From assembly GCA_965221775.1 (NCBI GenBank), contig CBDCSU010000006.1, positions 384,001-448,000 on the forward strand: a DNA stretch of 64,000 bases. Direction: 5' to 3'. A model generated the notes under the pieces. It did no database searches. It had not been told where the DNA came from and saw only the letters and a program-made list of their open reading frames with translations. The stretch's first letter is position 1. Each line of letters begins with the position of its first letter. This stretch comes from Candidatus Latescibacterota bacterium. GTDB lineage: Bacteria > Latescibacterota > UBA2968 > UBA8231. Positions 46,275 to 56,539 of the stretch are shown here, piece by piece. The translations under genes and the position numbers were made by a program.

Positions 46275-46332
46275 GGCCCGGTCAAGGTAGGGCGGTTTGT
46301 CCGGTGGATCGACGGCCCTATCTTGGGCCCCC

Positions 46333-47634
46333 ATGGCACGCGGAGACATCCTTCCATCGGAGAGGCGCGAGTTCACCCAGCCGGAGACCGGCGTCCGCGC
46401 CATCCAGCTCACCAGCGCGGCCTGCGCCAACGTCAACGCCTACTACAACTACGAGCAGTTCATCGGCGACAGTCTGGTCTTCTACTCCGACCGCAGCGGC
46501 GTGCGGCAGATCTACAAGGTGGAGATCGACTCGGGGAAGATCGTCCAGCTCACCGACGCCCCGGTCGATGTCGGCAACTTCGCCGCCGTGCCGGACCTGG
46601 GCCGGGTCTACTACGCCTGCGGCGACGAGGTGCGGGCCGTGGACGCGGAGACCCTGAGCGACGAGCCGGTGGCCGGCCGCCTGCCGGGCTGCGGACGGCC
46701 GGGGCTGGAGGACGTCTCCTCCTGCGGGCGCTATCTCGTGCTCAGCGCCCGGCCGGAGCGGGTGGTCGCCGAGACCAGCCCGGAGACCTCCTTTCGCATC
46801 GGCAGCGAGAACCGCGTCGTCCTGTGCGACGCCGAGCGGGGCGAGCAGGCCGTGGTCTACGAGGGGCCCTCGACGGAGGCGCCGGCGGCCGCCGACAGCC
46901 ATCTCTTCATCAGCCGCGACGACCCCTCCTACGTCTGGTGGGGCAGCTATACCCGCCTGCCGCCGGCGGGCTTCAAGACCGCCTGGGCCCTCGAGTGCGA
47001 CACCGACGTCCTGGCGGCGCGCCGCCACCCCCGGCCCCTCTTCAACCAGCAGCCCTGGGAGTTCATCAACCACTACTACCCGGCCCCGGACGCCCACGCC
47101 GAGATGCTCCTCTACCAGTACTCCGGGTACGAGCGCGACGGCATGCCCCTGGCCGACCTGTGGAAGGGGTTCGTCAGCCGCAAGGGCGAGTACCTCGGCT
47201 TCATGCTCGACGCCGATCTGCGGACCGGGACGGCGCGCCGCTGGCTGTTCCCCGGTCAGCCGCCGCTGCACTTCCAGCGCAACAAGGCCGGCGACCTGTG
47301 GGCGGGCGACTGCGCCGACCCGGGGTTCCTGTGGTTCGAGGGGCGCCGGGACGAGGCGCGCCGCCTCGAGGAGGTCGATCCCGAGGGCTGTCCCCCCCTC
47401 CCGGAGAACCACGACTACCACTGGCTGGGATCGGGCGCCTGGATCGGCGTCTTCCAGAAGCGCGGCGCCTTCCTCGAAATGCGGCCCCTGGTGCGCCACG
47501 GCACGCAGTGGGCCCATGTCCATCCCCATCCCTCGTTCTCGCCGGACGGCCGCTGGATCGTCTATGCCTCGGGGGACCGGACGCAGTCGCAGGTCTTCGT
47601 GGCCGAGGCCGTCTGGCCCCGCTGGTTCGCCTGA
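46333..47634 (+). CDS. Oligogalacturonate lyase-family / TolB-like beta-propeller protein
   Basis: PETGVRAIQLT, YYNYEQF, FYSDRSG, HPHPSFSPDGRWIVY.S. Confidence 0.75.
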   Translation: MARGDILPSERREFTQPETGVRAIQLTSAACANVNAYYNYEQFIGDSLVFYSDRSGVRQIYKVEIDSGKIVQLTDAPVDVGNFAAVPDLGRVYYACGDEVRAVDAETLSDEPVAGRLPGCGRPGLEDVSSCGRYLVLSARPERVVAETSPETSFRIGSENRVVLCDAERGEQAVVYEGPSTEAPAAADSHLFISRDDPSYVWWGSYTRLPPAGFKTAWALECDTDVLAARRHPRPLFNQQPWEFINHYYPAPDAHAEMLLYQYSGYERDGMPLADLWKGFVSRKGEYLGFMLDADLRTGTARRWLFPGQPPLHFQRNKAGDLWAGDCADPGFLWFEGRRDEARRLEEVDPEGCPPLPENHDYHWLGSGAWIGVFQKRGAFLEMRPLVRHGTQWAHVHPHPSFSPDGRWIVYASGDRTQSQVFVAEAVWPRWFA

Positions 47635-47666
47635 CGCTGCCGCCGCCGGCGCGGCCCGGGTGACGC

Positions 47667-48320
47667 ATGCCCTTCGAGATCGCCGCCGATCCCGGCACCG
47701 ACTACCGCGAGCTGGTCCGAACCGCCTATGACCGCTGCGCCGATGCTTATGCCGGACAGCGGCGCGCCACGGCCGGCCCCGAGCTGGGCTGGATCACCGG
47801 CCGCCTGACGGCGGGTTCGAAGATCCTCGACGTCGGCTGCGGCGCCGGTGTTCCGGTGGCGCGGCAGCTGGCGACCTCCTTCCGCGTCACCGGCATCGAC
47901 ATCTCCGCGAAGATGACCGCCCTGGCCAGGAGAAACGTCCCGGCCGCCAGGTTCGTCACCGCCGACGCCACGGAGATCGAGTTCCCTGCCGGCGGCTTCG
48001 ATGCGATCGTCAGCTTCTACGCCATCTTCCACGTGCCGAGGGAGGACCACCCGGACCTCTTTCGAGGCTTCGCCCGGTGGCTGCGGCCCGGCGGACTCCT
48101 GCTGCTCACCGTCGCCGCCAAGGACGACGGCCCCGGATACACCGAGGACGGCTTCTTCGGCCAGACCATGTACTGGAGCAACTTCGGCCCCGAGAGGTAC
48201 CGGCGGTTGCTGGCCGAGACGGGATTCCGGATCGAGCGGGAAGGCGTGGTGGGCGGCGGCTTTGCCGGCGCCGAGGCGGACGAGGAGATCCATCCGATAC
48301 TTCTTGCCGGGCGACTGTAA
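47667..48320 (+). CDS. Class I SAM-dependent methyltransferase
   Basis: ILDVGCGAGVP, GIDIS, SFYAIFHVP, WLRPGG, MYWS. Confidence 0.9.
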   Translation: MPFEIAADPGTDYRELVRTAYDRCADAYAGQRRATAGPELGWITGRLTAGSKILDVGCGAGVPVARQLATSFRVTGIDISAKMTALARRNVPAARFVTADATEIEFPAGGFDAIVSFYAIFHVPREDHPDLFRGFARWLRPGGLLLLTVAAKDDGPGYTEDGFFGQTMYWSNFGPERYRRLLAETGFRIEREGVVGGGFAGAEADEEIHPILLAGRL

Positions 48321-48337
48321 CCGAGAGGAGAGAGTCA

Positions 48338-49270
48338 ATGGAGCGTCGACCGATGGCCGGCATGCCCGAGGGCGTGTCGGTGATCACCCTGGGGACCATG
48401 CTCTTCGGCCGGCCCGTGCCGCGGGCGGACGCCATGGACCTGGTGCACGCGGCCCTCGACCTGGGCGTGAACCTCTTCGACACGGCCGACATCTACGAGG
48501 GCTACGACCGCTTCCTGGGCTCGCCCGGAGGCGTGGCCGAGACGATCCTCGGCGAGGCCCTGCGCGGGCGGCGGGACCGGGCCTGGATCACCACCAAGGT
48601 GGGCAACCCCGTCGGCAGCGGCCCCGCCGGAGACCATCCCGCCGGCGCCGACTACTCGGGGACCGGGCTGGGGCCGGCCCACGTGGGGCAGCAGATCGAC
48701 GCCAGCCTGCGCCGCCTGCAGACCGACTACGTGGACTACTACCTGCTGCACATCGCCGACGCGGAGACGCCGCTGGAGGAAACCCTCGCCGCCGTCGACC
48801 GGCTGATCACCGCCGGCAAGGTGCGGCACTGGGGGTTCTCCAACTTCGACGCGGACCAGATCGAGACGATGCTCAGCTTGTCCCGCGACGGTGCCGCCCC
48901 GCCGCCGGTGATGGCCCAGCCCCAGTACAACTGGCTGGAGCGGGATCTCGAGTCCGGGTACCTGCCCGTCTGTCAGCGGGCCGGCATCGCCATCACCCCC
49001 TACCGGCCGCTGGCGGGAGGCCTGCTGAGCGGCAAGTACCGGCGAGACAGCGCGCCCCCCGCCGGCAGCCGCGCCTCGGAGTCGGCCTGGATCGACGAGG
49101 GCGAGATCCCCTACCAGGAGCTGGAGCCGTTCCACGACGAGGCCGCCGCCGCCGGTGTCCCGCCGACCTGCTACGCCCTCCGCTGGCTGCTCTCCCGGGA
49201 GGGGGTCACGTCGGTGGTGGCGGGGGTCAAGTCGCCGGCGCAACTCCAGGAGCTGGCGGCGTGCGCGTAG
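48338..49270 (+). CDS. Aldo/keto reductase
   Basis: LGTMLFG, FDTADIY, TKVG, SLRRLQTDYVD, GKVRHWGFSN, PLAGGLLSGKY; AGGAG RBS. Confidence 0.9.
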   Translation: MERRPMAGMPEGVSVITLGTMLFGRPVPRADAMDLVHAALDLGVNLFDTADIYEGYDRFLGSPGGVAETILGEALRGRRDRAWITTKVGNPVGSGPAGDHPAGADYSGTGLGPAHVGQQIDASLRRLQTDYVDYYLLHIADAETPLEETLAAVDRLITAGKVRHWGFSNFDADQIETMLSLSRDGAAPPPVMAQPQYNWLERDLESGYLPVCQRAGIAITPYRPLAGGLLSGKYRRDSAPPAGSRASESAWIDEGEIPYQELEPFHDEAAAAGVPPTCYALRWLLSREGVTSVVAGVKSPAQLQELAACA

Positions 49271-50232
49271 ACTGCCAGACCCACGTCTTCCCCGCCGGGT
49301 ACGCGGAAGTGCTGGCGGGGAATCCCGAGTGGCCGCGGACCGTGATCGAGGGCGGCCGCTACGTCCTCACCTACGGCGACGCCCAGACCTTCGTCATGGA
49401 GGCCGAGGCGTACAGCATCGAGCGCAAGCTGCGCGACATGGACTCGGCCCGCGTCGACGTGAGCGCCATCAGCGTCAACATGCCCGGGCCGGAGAACCTG
49501 GCGGCGGAGCTGGCCGTGCCCGCCGCCCGCGCCGCCAACGACGCCCTGGCCGAAGCGGCGGCGAGCCATCCCGACCGCTTCGTCGGCCTCGCCTGCCTTC
49601 CCTGGCAGGACCCGGCGGAGGCCCTGGCCGAGCTGGAGCGCGCCGTCGTCAGCCTCGGCCACCGGGGGGTCATGCTCTACTCGCACATCGCCGGCGGCGC
49701 GGTGGACGCCCCGGCCCTGGACCCGCTCTACGCGCGTATCGCCGAGCTGGGGGTGCCCTTGGTCCTGCATCCCAGCGTCCCCACCTGGGGCGGCGCCATC
49801 AAGCAGTACTCCATGATCCCCATGGCGGGCCTCATGGTGCACCAGAGCTTCGCCACCCTGCGGTTGATCCTCGGCGGCGTCCTCGAGCGCCATCCCCGCC
49901 TCAAGGTGGTGCAGCCCCACTGCGGCGGCGTGCTGCCCTACCTGTGGGGGCGGGTCGAGCACCAGACCGGCACCATGGGCCGCGGCCGGGAGAACATCAG
50001 CCAGCCCGTGGGCGCCTACTACGACCGCGTCTACCTGGACGTCGTCTCCCCCTCGCCGCTGGCGCTGCAACTGGCGTACGACTTCGCCGGCAGCAGCCGC
50101 CTGCTCTTCGCCAGCGACCACCCGTGGGTGGAGATCGAGGTGCTTAGCCGGCTGGTTGAGGAGCTGGAGATTCCCGGCGACGAGAAGGACAGGATCTTCG
50201 GCGGCAACGCCCGCGCCCTCTTCGGCCTCTGA
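49261..50232 (+). CDS. Amidohydrolase_2-family protein (ACMSD-like decarboxylase/hydrolase)
   Basis: VDCQTHVFP, ANDALA, VLHP, HCGGVLP, LFASDHPW, IFGGNARALF. Confidence 0.88.
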   Translation: MRVDCQTHVFPAGYAEVLAGNPEWPRTVIEGGRYVLTYGDAQTFVMEAEAYSIERKLRDMDSARVDVSAISVNMPGPENLAAELAVPAARAANDALAEAAASHPDRFVGLACLPWQDPAEALAELERAVVSLGHRGVMLYSHIAGGAVDAPALDPLYARIAELGVPLVLHPSVPTWGGAIKQYSMIPMAGLMVHQSFATLRLILGGVLERHPRLKVVQPHCGGVLPYLWGRVEHQTGTMGRGRENISQPVGAYYDRVYLDVVSPSPLALQLAYDFAGSSRLLFASDHPWVEIEVLSRLVEELEIPGDEKDRIFGGNARALFGL

Positions 50233-51245
50233 TGCATATCCAGGACCAGCTCACCATCGACCAGCTCGACGACGGGCGCCTGGACTTCTTCCGCGCCATC
50301 GGGGTCGACTGCATCCATCTGGATCTGCGCGGGGGCAGGCCCCGCCCCGGGCGCCGTGGAGGCACCGGGTCGGCGAACACGTCGCTGGCCCAGGAGCTGC
50401 GGGCCGGCAGGGACTGCACCGACGCCCTGGCGCAGGCGCGGGAGCAGGTCGAGGCCCGCGGCATGAAGCTGAACAACATCTTCATGCCCGCCTGGGAGGA
50501 GATCACCCTCGCCGAGGCGCAGATGGACGAGAACATCGGCCACTGGTGCGATATGCTGGGGTGCGTCGGCCGCGCCGGCATTCCCTGGGTGGGCTGGAAC
50601 TTCAAGCCCATGGGCAACTTCCGCACCCCCTCGGACACCGGCCGGGGCGGCGTGAGCTACAGCACCTTCGACTACGCCGTCTTCGACGCGGACCGCCCCG
50701 AGCCCCACGAGCCCCCGGTGGACGAGGCGCAGATGTGGGAGCGCATGGAGCGGTTCCTGGCGGCGGCGGTCCCCGCGGCGGAGAAGGCGGGGGTGCGCCT
50801 GGCCCTGCACCCGGACGACCCGCCGATCCCCGAGCCGCTGGCGGGCGTGGCGCAGATCTGCTCCACCCTGGAGCAGTTCCGCCGGATCTTCTTCGACATC
50901 GCCCCGAGCCCCAGCAACTGCATGCTGTTCTGCCAGGGCTGCATGACCGAGCTGCTGGGGCCGGAGAAGGTCTACGGCGCCATCGCCGAGATGGCCTCGC
51001 AGGGGAAGATCGGCTGGGTCCACTTCCGCAACGTGCGGGGCCAGTTGCCCCGGTTCACCGAGGTCTTCCTGGACGAGGGCGAGGTCGACATGCGGCGGGC
51101 CATGGAGGTCTACCGGGACAACGGCTTCGACGGGCCGTACATGATGGACCACACGACTTCCTTCCCGCACGGGTACGGCGCCCTGTACGGCAAGGCCTAC
51201 GCCATCGGTTACATCCGGGCGCTGATTCAGACGGTGTACGGGTGA
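50232..51245 (+). CDS. uxuA: Mannonate dehydratase-family protein
   Basis: ALHPDDPP, FCQGC, VHFRNV, FLDEG, MMDHT, AIGYIRA. Confidence 0.8.
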   Translation: MHIQDQLTIDQLDDGRLDFFRAIGVDCIHLDLRGGRPRPGRRGGTGSANTSLAQELRAGRDCTDALAQAREQVEARGMKLNNIFMPAWEEITLAEAQMDENIGHWCDMLGCVGRAGIPWVGWNFKPMGNFRTPSDTGRGGVSYSTFDYAVFDADRPEPHEPPVDEAQMWERMERFLAAAVPAAEKAGVRLALHPDDPPIPEPLAGVAQICSTLEQFRRIFFDIAPSPSNCMLFCQGCMTELLGPEKVYGAIAEMASQGKIGWVHFRNVRGQLPRFTEVFLDEGEVDMRRAMEVYRDNGFDGPYMMDHTTSFPHGYGALYGKAYAIGYIRALIQTVYG

Positions 51246-52063
51246 GCAAACGCCGGAAACTGCTGCGAGACGGGTTCTGCCTCTTCGAGCAGGTCCTCGA
51301 CGGCGACCTGCTCCAGCAGACCCGGAGGATCTCCGACGCTCTGCTCGACCGGCAGCCGCCGGAGCACTTCGAGCAGCAGAAGTCGACGGGCAGCATGATC
51401 TCCGTGTACGACGATCCCGCCTTCGCCGAGCTGGTGCGCTGCCCCGCCGCCCTCGACGCGCTGGGCCGCCTCGGCTTCCCGCGGCCGAAGTGGTGGTCGG
51501 GGTTCGTCATCAGCAAGCCGGCCCACAGCCCGCCGCTGTTCTGGCACCAGGACTGGTGGGGCTGGAACCACCCCGTCAGCTACGGAGACCCGGTGCCGCA
51601 GCAGCTCTTCCTGATGTACTACACGGTCGATACCGCCCCGGCCAACGGCTGCCTGCGCCTGATCCCCGGATCGCACCTGGAGCGCCATCGCCTGCACGAC
51701 GCGGTTCCCAACGCCCATACGAACGCCCTGCGGGAGATGGAGGATCCTCGCAGCCCGGTCTACCAGGCCGCGGAGGAAGCCGTCGACGTACCGGTGCGGG
51801 CCGGCGACCTCGTCATCGGGGACTCGCGGCTGCTGCACTCGGCCCACGCCAACGATTCCGACGAACGCCGCACCGTCATCACCTTGTGGTACTTCCCCGC
51901 CTTCGAGCAGCTTCCCGAGCCGATCCGGTCCTACATCGCCGCCCAACGGATGATCGACGCCTGGCCGGAAGAGACGCGCCGGCGCATCGCCCACCTCCTT
52001 CCCCAGTACGACGGCGGTGCCGCGCCGATCGAGTGGAACCGCGTTCCCGGTCCCGCCCTGTGA
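51242..52063 (+). CDS. Phytanoyl-CoA dioxygenase (PhyH)-family protein
   Basis: WHQD (HxD), NGCLRLIPGSH, AGDLVI...LHSAHAN.SDERR. Confidence 0.88.
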   Translation: MSKRRKLLRDGFCLFEQVLDGDLLQQTRRISDALLDRQPPEHFEQQKSTGSMISVYDDPAFAELVRCPAALDALGRLGFPRPKWWSGFVISKPAHSPPLFWHQDWWGWNHPVSYGDPVPQQLFLMYYTVDTAPANGCLRLIPGSHLERHRLHDAVPNAHTNALREMEDPRSPVYQAAEEAVDVPVRAGDLVIGDSRLLHSAHANDSDERRTVITLWYFPAFEQLPEPIRSYIAAQRMIDAWPEETRRRIAHLLPQYDGGAAPIEWNRVPGPAL

Positions 52064-53133
52064 ACTCGATCCCCGAGCGCGCCCGCCGCTTTCACCGCGG
52101 CCACCCCATCGCCGACCTCCTCGGACTCAACCTCTCCCACCCCCGGTTCACCATCGCCGACATCGACCTCGGCCGGAGGGACGAGACCTCCTGCCGCGGC
52201 GACTTCCCCAAGTTCCGGGACTGGGGCCTGAAGGTGGTCATGTGCAAGGGAGGGGCCGCGCCGCCGGAGATGAACTTCACGCCGAAGTGGTTGGAGGATC
52301 CCACCTTTCGGCCCGGCCGCCCCGACAGCGAGCCGATGTACCTCAGCCTCGCCATCAACAGCCCGACCCTGCTCTGCCTCGCGGTGCTCGACCGCTTTTT
52401 GTGCAACGTCGAGGAGAACCCGGACAAGGTGATCCTGGTGCGCACCGTGGCCGACCTCGACCGCGCGCTAAGGGACCCCGAACGCATCGCCGTGCTCATG
52501 GGGGCCAACCGCAGCGACTGGTTCGGCGACAGCCCGGGGGCCCTGCGCCAGTTCGCCCGCCTCGGGCTGCGCATGGTCACCATCGGCCAGTCGACGCGCG
52601 AGTTGGGCTGGGACGTCTCGGACGAGCTGCGCTCCGGGGGCCGCATGACCGCCCTCGGGGTGCGCATGATCGAGGAGATGAACCGCCGCGGCATCCTCAT
52701 CGACCTGGCCCACACCAACGACCCCTGCGCCCTCGACGCCATCGAGGTCTCCGAGAAACCGGTGATCGACACCCACTCGGGCCCGCGCGCCCTCGAGGAG
52801 GACCCGAGTCCGCGCAGCACCTCCGACGAAGTCATGAGGGCCATGGCGGAAAAGGGGGGTCTCCTCGGCATCATGCCGCCCATCGGGCGGCCTCACGGTG
52901 ACGCTCCATACGAGTCGGTCGACGACGGAGAGATGGAGCAGACCCTGAAGCAGATCCGCTACGCCGTCGACCTGATGGGCGCCGCCCACGTCGGCATCGG
53001 CACGCACTTCAATTCCGCGGTCATGCCCTGGATCACCGAGGCGCTGCTCGAGGACGGCTTTTCCGAGGAGGACACGGCGAGCATCATGGGAGGCAACTAC
53101 CTGCGCGTGCTCCGCGAGGTGCTGCCGCCGTGA
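52060..53133 (+). CDS. Membrane dipeptidase (M19)-family protein, divergent active site
   Basis: GVRMIEEMNRRGILIDLAH, PVIDTHS, SDEVMRAMAEKGG, HVGIGT, IMGGNYLRV. Confidence 0.8.
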   Translation: MNSIPERARRFHRGHPIADLLGLNLSHPRFTIADIDLGRRDETSCRGDFPKFRDWGLKVVMCKGGAAPPEMNFTPKWLEDPTFRPGRPDSEPMYLSLAINSPTLLCLAVLDRFLCNVEENPDKVILVRTVADLDRALRDPERIAVLMGANRSDWFGDSPGALRQFARLGLRMVTIGQSTRELGWDVSDELRSGGRMTALGVRMIEEMNRRGILIDLAHTNDPCALDAIEVSEKPVIDTHSGPRALEEDPSPRSTSDEVMRAMAEKGGLLGIMPPIGRPHGDAPYESVDDGEMEQTLKQIRYAVDLMGAAHVGIGTHFNSAVMPWITEALLEDGFSEEDTASIMGGNYLRVLREVLPP

Positions 53134-53861
53134 AGAAGGACTGGCGCGCCGACGAGTTCCGCTGTCTCGTGGCCCTCGGCGAGAGCACCACCGCGGGCGG
53201 CTGGAGCACCTCCCCCGAGCGCTGCTGGGTCGCCGTCCTCGGCGCCCTCATCAACGACTTCCAGAAGACCCCGGCGCGGGTGGTCAACTCCGGGATCGGC
53301 GCCAACGTCATCTCCACCCGCAGCCCCTCCTACGACGCCAGCGGCAAGCCGGCCGCCTCCGAGCGCCTGGAGAAGCACGTCCTCGCCCACGACCCCGACC
53401 TGCTGATCATCTCCTACGGCCTCAACGACGCCCGCGGCGGCACGCCGCTGCCGCAGTTCCGCGAAGACCTCGCCCTGCTGGTGAAGCGCGTACGCGAGCA
53501 GGTGGACCCGCTCATCGTGCTGCCCGGTCCCTACTTCATGACCGACTTCACCCTCGGGGGGCGGGACTGGAGCCACGCGGACCTGCCGCTCTTCCGGAGC
53601 TTCAACACCGCCACCGCCGAAGTCGCAAGGGAGCTGGGCTGTCTCTACGTCGACCTGCTCGAGGCCAGCGGCGAGGCGCCGTGGACCGTCCACCACGACG
53701 GGGTGCACCAGAACGACCTCGGCCACCGCCTGGCGGCCAACCGCATCTTCGAGGTCCTGGCGCAGCACTGCTCCTGCCTTGCGAAGAAGACCCGGGAGGC
53801 CGAGCGGCATAGCCCGAGGTGGCGGGACGAGTCGACATTGCAGTCCGACTACGGGGACTGA
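53130..53861 (+). CDS. SGNH/GDSL hydrolase-family protein
   Basis: ALGESTT, NSGIG, YGLND, DGVH. Confidence 0.88.
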   Translation: MKKDWRADEFRCLVALGESTTAGGWSTSPERCWVAVLGALINDFQKTPARVVNSGIGANVISTRSPSYDASGKPAASERLEKHVLAHDPDLLIISYGLNDARGGTPLPQFREDLALLVKRVREQVDPLIVLPGPYFMTDFTLGGRDWSHADLPLFRSFNTATAEVARELGCLYVDLLEASGEAPWTVHHDGVHQNDLGHRLAANRIFEVLAQHCSCLAKKTREAERHSPRWRDESTLQSDYGD

Positions 53862-53864
53862 CCG

Positions 53865-55370
53865 ATGTACCGGATCCTCGTGGCCGAGTGCATGCAGGAG
53901 GTCTCCTCCTTCAATCCGGTGGAGACCCGGTACGAGGACTTTCGCATCCGCCGTGGGCAGGAGCTGTTCGCCCTTCACCGCGGCGTCGAGTCCTACGTGA
54001 GCGGCGCCCTCCAGGTCTTCGAGGCGCGCCCCGACGTGGAGGCGGTACCGCTTCTCGGCGCCGACGCCTGCTCCTCCGGCCTCCTGAGGCAGGACGACTT
54101 CGAGCGGCTGGCCGCGGAGTTAATCGATGTCGTGGAGCGGCACCGCCACGGCGCCGACGGTTTCTACTTCGTCCTCCACGGCGCCATGGGGGCCACCGGC
54201 GACCTCGACCCCGAGGGGTTCCTGCTGCAGGAAGTGCGTCGCCTCGTGGGGCCCGACCTCCCCCTGGTCATCTCCCTCGACCTCCACGGCATCCTCACGC
54301 GGCGCATGCTGGAGCACTGCGACGCCCTCACCCTGCTGCACACCTACCCCCACGTCGACTTCGCCGACACCGGCGCCAGGGCCGCCCGCCTGCTGCTGCG
54401 CATCCTCGACGAGGGTCTGCGCCCCGTCACCGCCCGCGTGGTGGTGCCGGCGCTGGTCCGCGGCGACGAGCTGATCACGGAGACCGGCATCTACGGCGAG
54501 TCGATCCGCCGGGCGCAGGAACTGGAGCGCTCGGGGGCGGCCCTGGCCGCGGGCATGATGATCGGCAACCCCTTCACCGACGTGCCCGAGCTGTGCTCGC
54601 AGAGCGTGGTGATCACCGACGGCGACCCGGAGGCAGCGGAACGGGAGGCGCTGGAACTGGCCCGCGGCTTCTGGCCTCACCGCGCCCGCATGCAGGCGCC
54701 GCTCGTGAAGGTGGAAGAGGCGATCGCACAGGCCCGCGGTCTCGAAGGCACGGCGATCTTCGCCGATGCCGCCGACGCCACCAGCTCCGGGGCCAGCGGC
54801 GACAGCAACTTCATCCTCGCGGCGCTGCTCGAGGCCGGGTACGAGGGCAGGGTGCTCGCCCCCCTCGTCGATCCACCAGCGGTGAGGCGCGCCTTCGAGG
54901 TCGGCGTCGGCAACCGCGGCCGCTTCTCCCTGGGCGGCACCCTCGACCCACGCTTCACCCCTCTGCAGCTCGCAGCCACCGTCACCATGCTGCGCACCGG
55001 CGACTACCACTTCGAGTCCTGGGGTACCCGCCAGGACGCCGGCGACACGGCCCTCCTCCAGGCCGGCGCCATGACCCTCGTCGTCACCTCGCGGCCGGTC
55101 TATCTCTTCGACCGCTCCCTCTTCCTCGCCCACGGCTGCGATCCGCAACTCTTCGATCTGGTGGTGGTGAAGTCCCCTCACTGCCAGGAGCGCTTCTTCA
55201 CCGCCTGGGCCGCGGCGAACTTCAATATCGACGCCCCCGGATCGACGAGCGCCAACCTGCCGAGCCTTGGGCACACCGTCTGCCGGCGGCCCATGTATCC
55301 CCTCGACGAGGATGCTCGCTTCGAGCCGCGGGCCGAGGTGTTCTCGCGCCGGGGCCGGAGACTCATGTGA
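53865..55370 (+). CDS. M81-family metallopeptidase (MlrC-like)
   Basis: QEVSSFNP, LHGAM, DPEG, SLDLHG, TYPHVD, VVVKS, RRPMYPLD. Confidence 0.9.
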   Translation: MYRILVAECMQEVSSFNPVETRYEDFRIRRGQELFALHRGVESYVSGALQVFEARPDVEAVPLLGADACSSGLLRQDDFERLAAELIDVVERHRHGADGFYFVLHGAMGATGDLDPEGFLLQEVRRLVGPDLPLVISLDLHGILTRRMLEHCDALTLLHTYPHVDFADTGARAARLLLRILDEGLRPVTARVVVPALVRGDELITETGIYGESIRRAQELERSGAALAAGMMIGNPFTDVPELCSQSVVITDGDPEAAEREALELARGFWPHRARMQAPLVKVEEAIAQARGLEGTAIFADAADATSSGASGDSNFILAALLEAGYEGRVLAPLVDPPAVRRAFEVGVGNRGRFSLGGTLDPRFTPLQLAATVTMLRTGDYHFESWGTRQDAGDTALLQAGAMTLVVTSRPVYLFDRSLFLAHGCDPQLFDLVVVKSPHCQERFFTAWAAANFNIDAPGSTSANLPSLGHTVCRRPMYPLDEDARFEPRAEVFSRRGRRLM

Positions 55371-55507
55371 AGGTCAAATACGCCGTAGGCAACCTCGCCC
55401 TGACGTTTAGGACCGGAAACAAGACATGAAGCTCAGGTGCCTCACACGTAAGCTCACACCGACGTTCGAACCCAATGCCGGGCGCCCCGCCAAGGGAGGG
55501 TGAACCC

Positions 55508-56539
55508 ATGCTGCGCGTCGCCATCGCCGGCTGCCACCGGCAGCTCCTGAGAGAACCGGGGAGCCACAACTTCGCCTCCGCCTTCTGCGACAACCCCGGG
55601 ACCGCCGTCGCCGGCGTCTTCGACTACGGCGCGGAGGAACGCGCCGGTTTCGTCGAGTGCTGGCGGGATGTGTGGGGAGAGGTGCCGGCCTTCGACGACT
55701 ACGAGCGGCTCCTCGACGAGGTCCGCCCCGACATCGTCTGCATCGCCACGCGGCAGACGATGCACGCCGACCAGATCGAGAGAGCGGTCGCCGCCGGGGC
55801 GCGCGGGATCCTGTGCGACAAGCCGCTGGTGACGAGCCTCGCCGAGCTGGACCGCGTCGCCGCCGCCTGCGAGAGCACGCCCCTCGCCTTCGCCCTCGAC
55901 CGGCGCTGGAACCCCGCCTACCACGCCCTCCGCTCCGCCCTCGCCGCTGAACCGATCGGCGAGATCACCAGCATTTCAGCCTACGGCCTCCCCAACACGA
56001 TCAACCACGGCTGTCACTGGTACGACGCCCTGCTCATGCTCCTCGGCGATCCCGAACCCGCCTGGGTCAGCGGCTTCCTCGACCCCGGCGATCCCCACGA
56101 CGAGCGCCGCCGCAGCGATCCGCCCTGCCGGGCGCAGATCGGCCTGGCTGACGGCGTCCACGCGTACGTCACCTGCGACGGGCCGAAGGGCCTCGCCTTC
56201 GAGCTCGCCGCCGAGGGCGGGCGGATCTCCGTGCACTCCGACGCCGAGGCCGCCCGCATCCACGGTGACGCATCGGAAGAGGCGATCCCCCTGCCGCCGA
56301 AGGCCGAGGGCTGGACCGCCGGCACGGGCATGGTCGCCGACCTCGTGCGGGCCGTGAAGGAGGGGGGCCGCACGGCCTGCGACGTTCCGCAGGCGAGGCG
56401 CGCCACCGAGATCGGCTTCGCCATCTGGTCCTCCTCGCAGCGGGACGGGGCGCGGGTGCAGCTGCCGGCGGACGACCGCCGCCTGCGGGTGGAGTCGTAT
56501 CCTTGGGGGAACGAGGCACCGGAGCAGCCCGGACCATGA
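55508..56539 (+). CDS. Gfo/Idh/MocA-family oxidoreductase
   Basis: LRVAIAGC, PDIVCIAT, ILCDKPL, GCHWYD; GGAGG RBS. Confidence 0.85.
   Translation: MLRVAIAGCHRQLLREPGSHNFASAFCDNPGTAVAGVFDYGAEERAGFVECWRDVWGEVPAFDDYERLLDEVRPDIVCIATRQTMHADQIERAVAAGARGILCDKPLVTSLAELDRVAAACESTPLAFALDRRWNPAYHALRSALAAEPIGEITSISAYGLPNTINHGCHWYDALLMLLGDPEPAWVSGFLDPGDPHDERRRSDPPCRAQIGLADGVHAYVTCDGPKGLAFELAAEGGRISVHSDAEAARIHGDASEEAIPLPPKAEGWTAGTGMVADLVRAVKEGGRTACDVPQARRATEIGFAIWSSSQRDGARVQLPADDRRLRVESYPWGNEAPEQPGP

Noticed and set aside
53865-55370. MlrC-like gene as evidence of microcystin degradation
   Set aside because: M81 peptidases are widespread and no mlrA/B/D genes are present.
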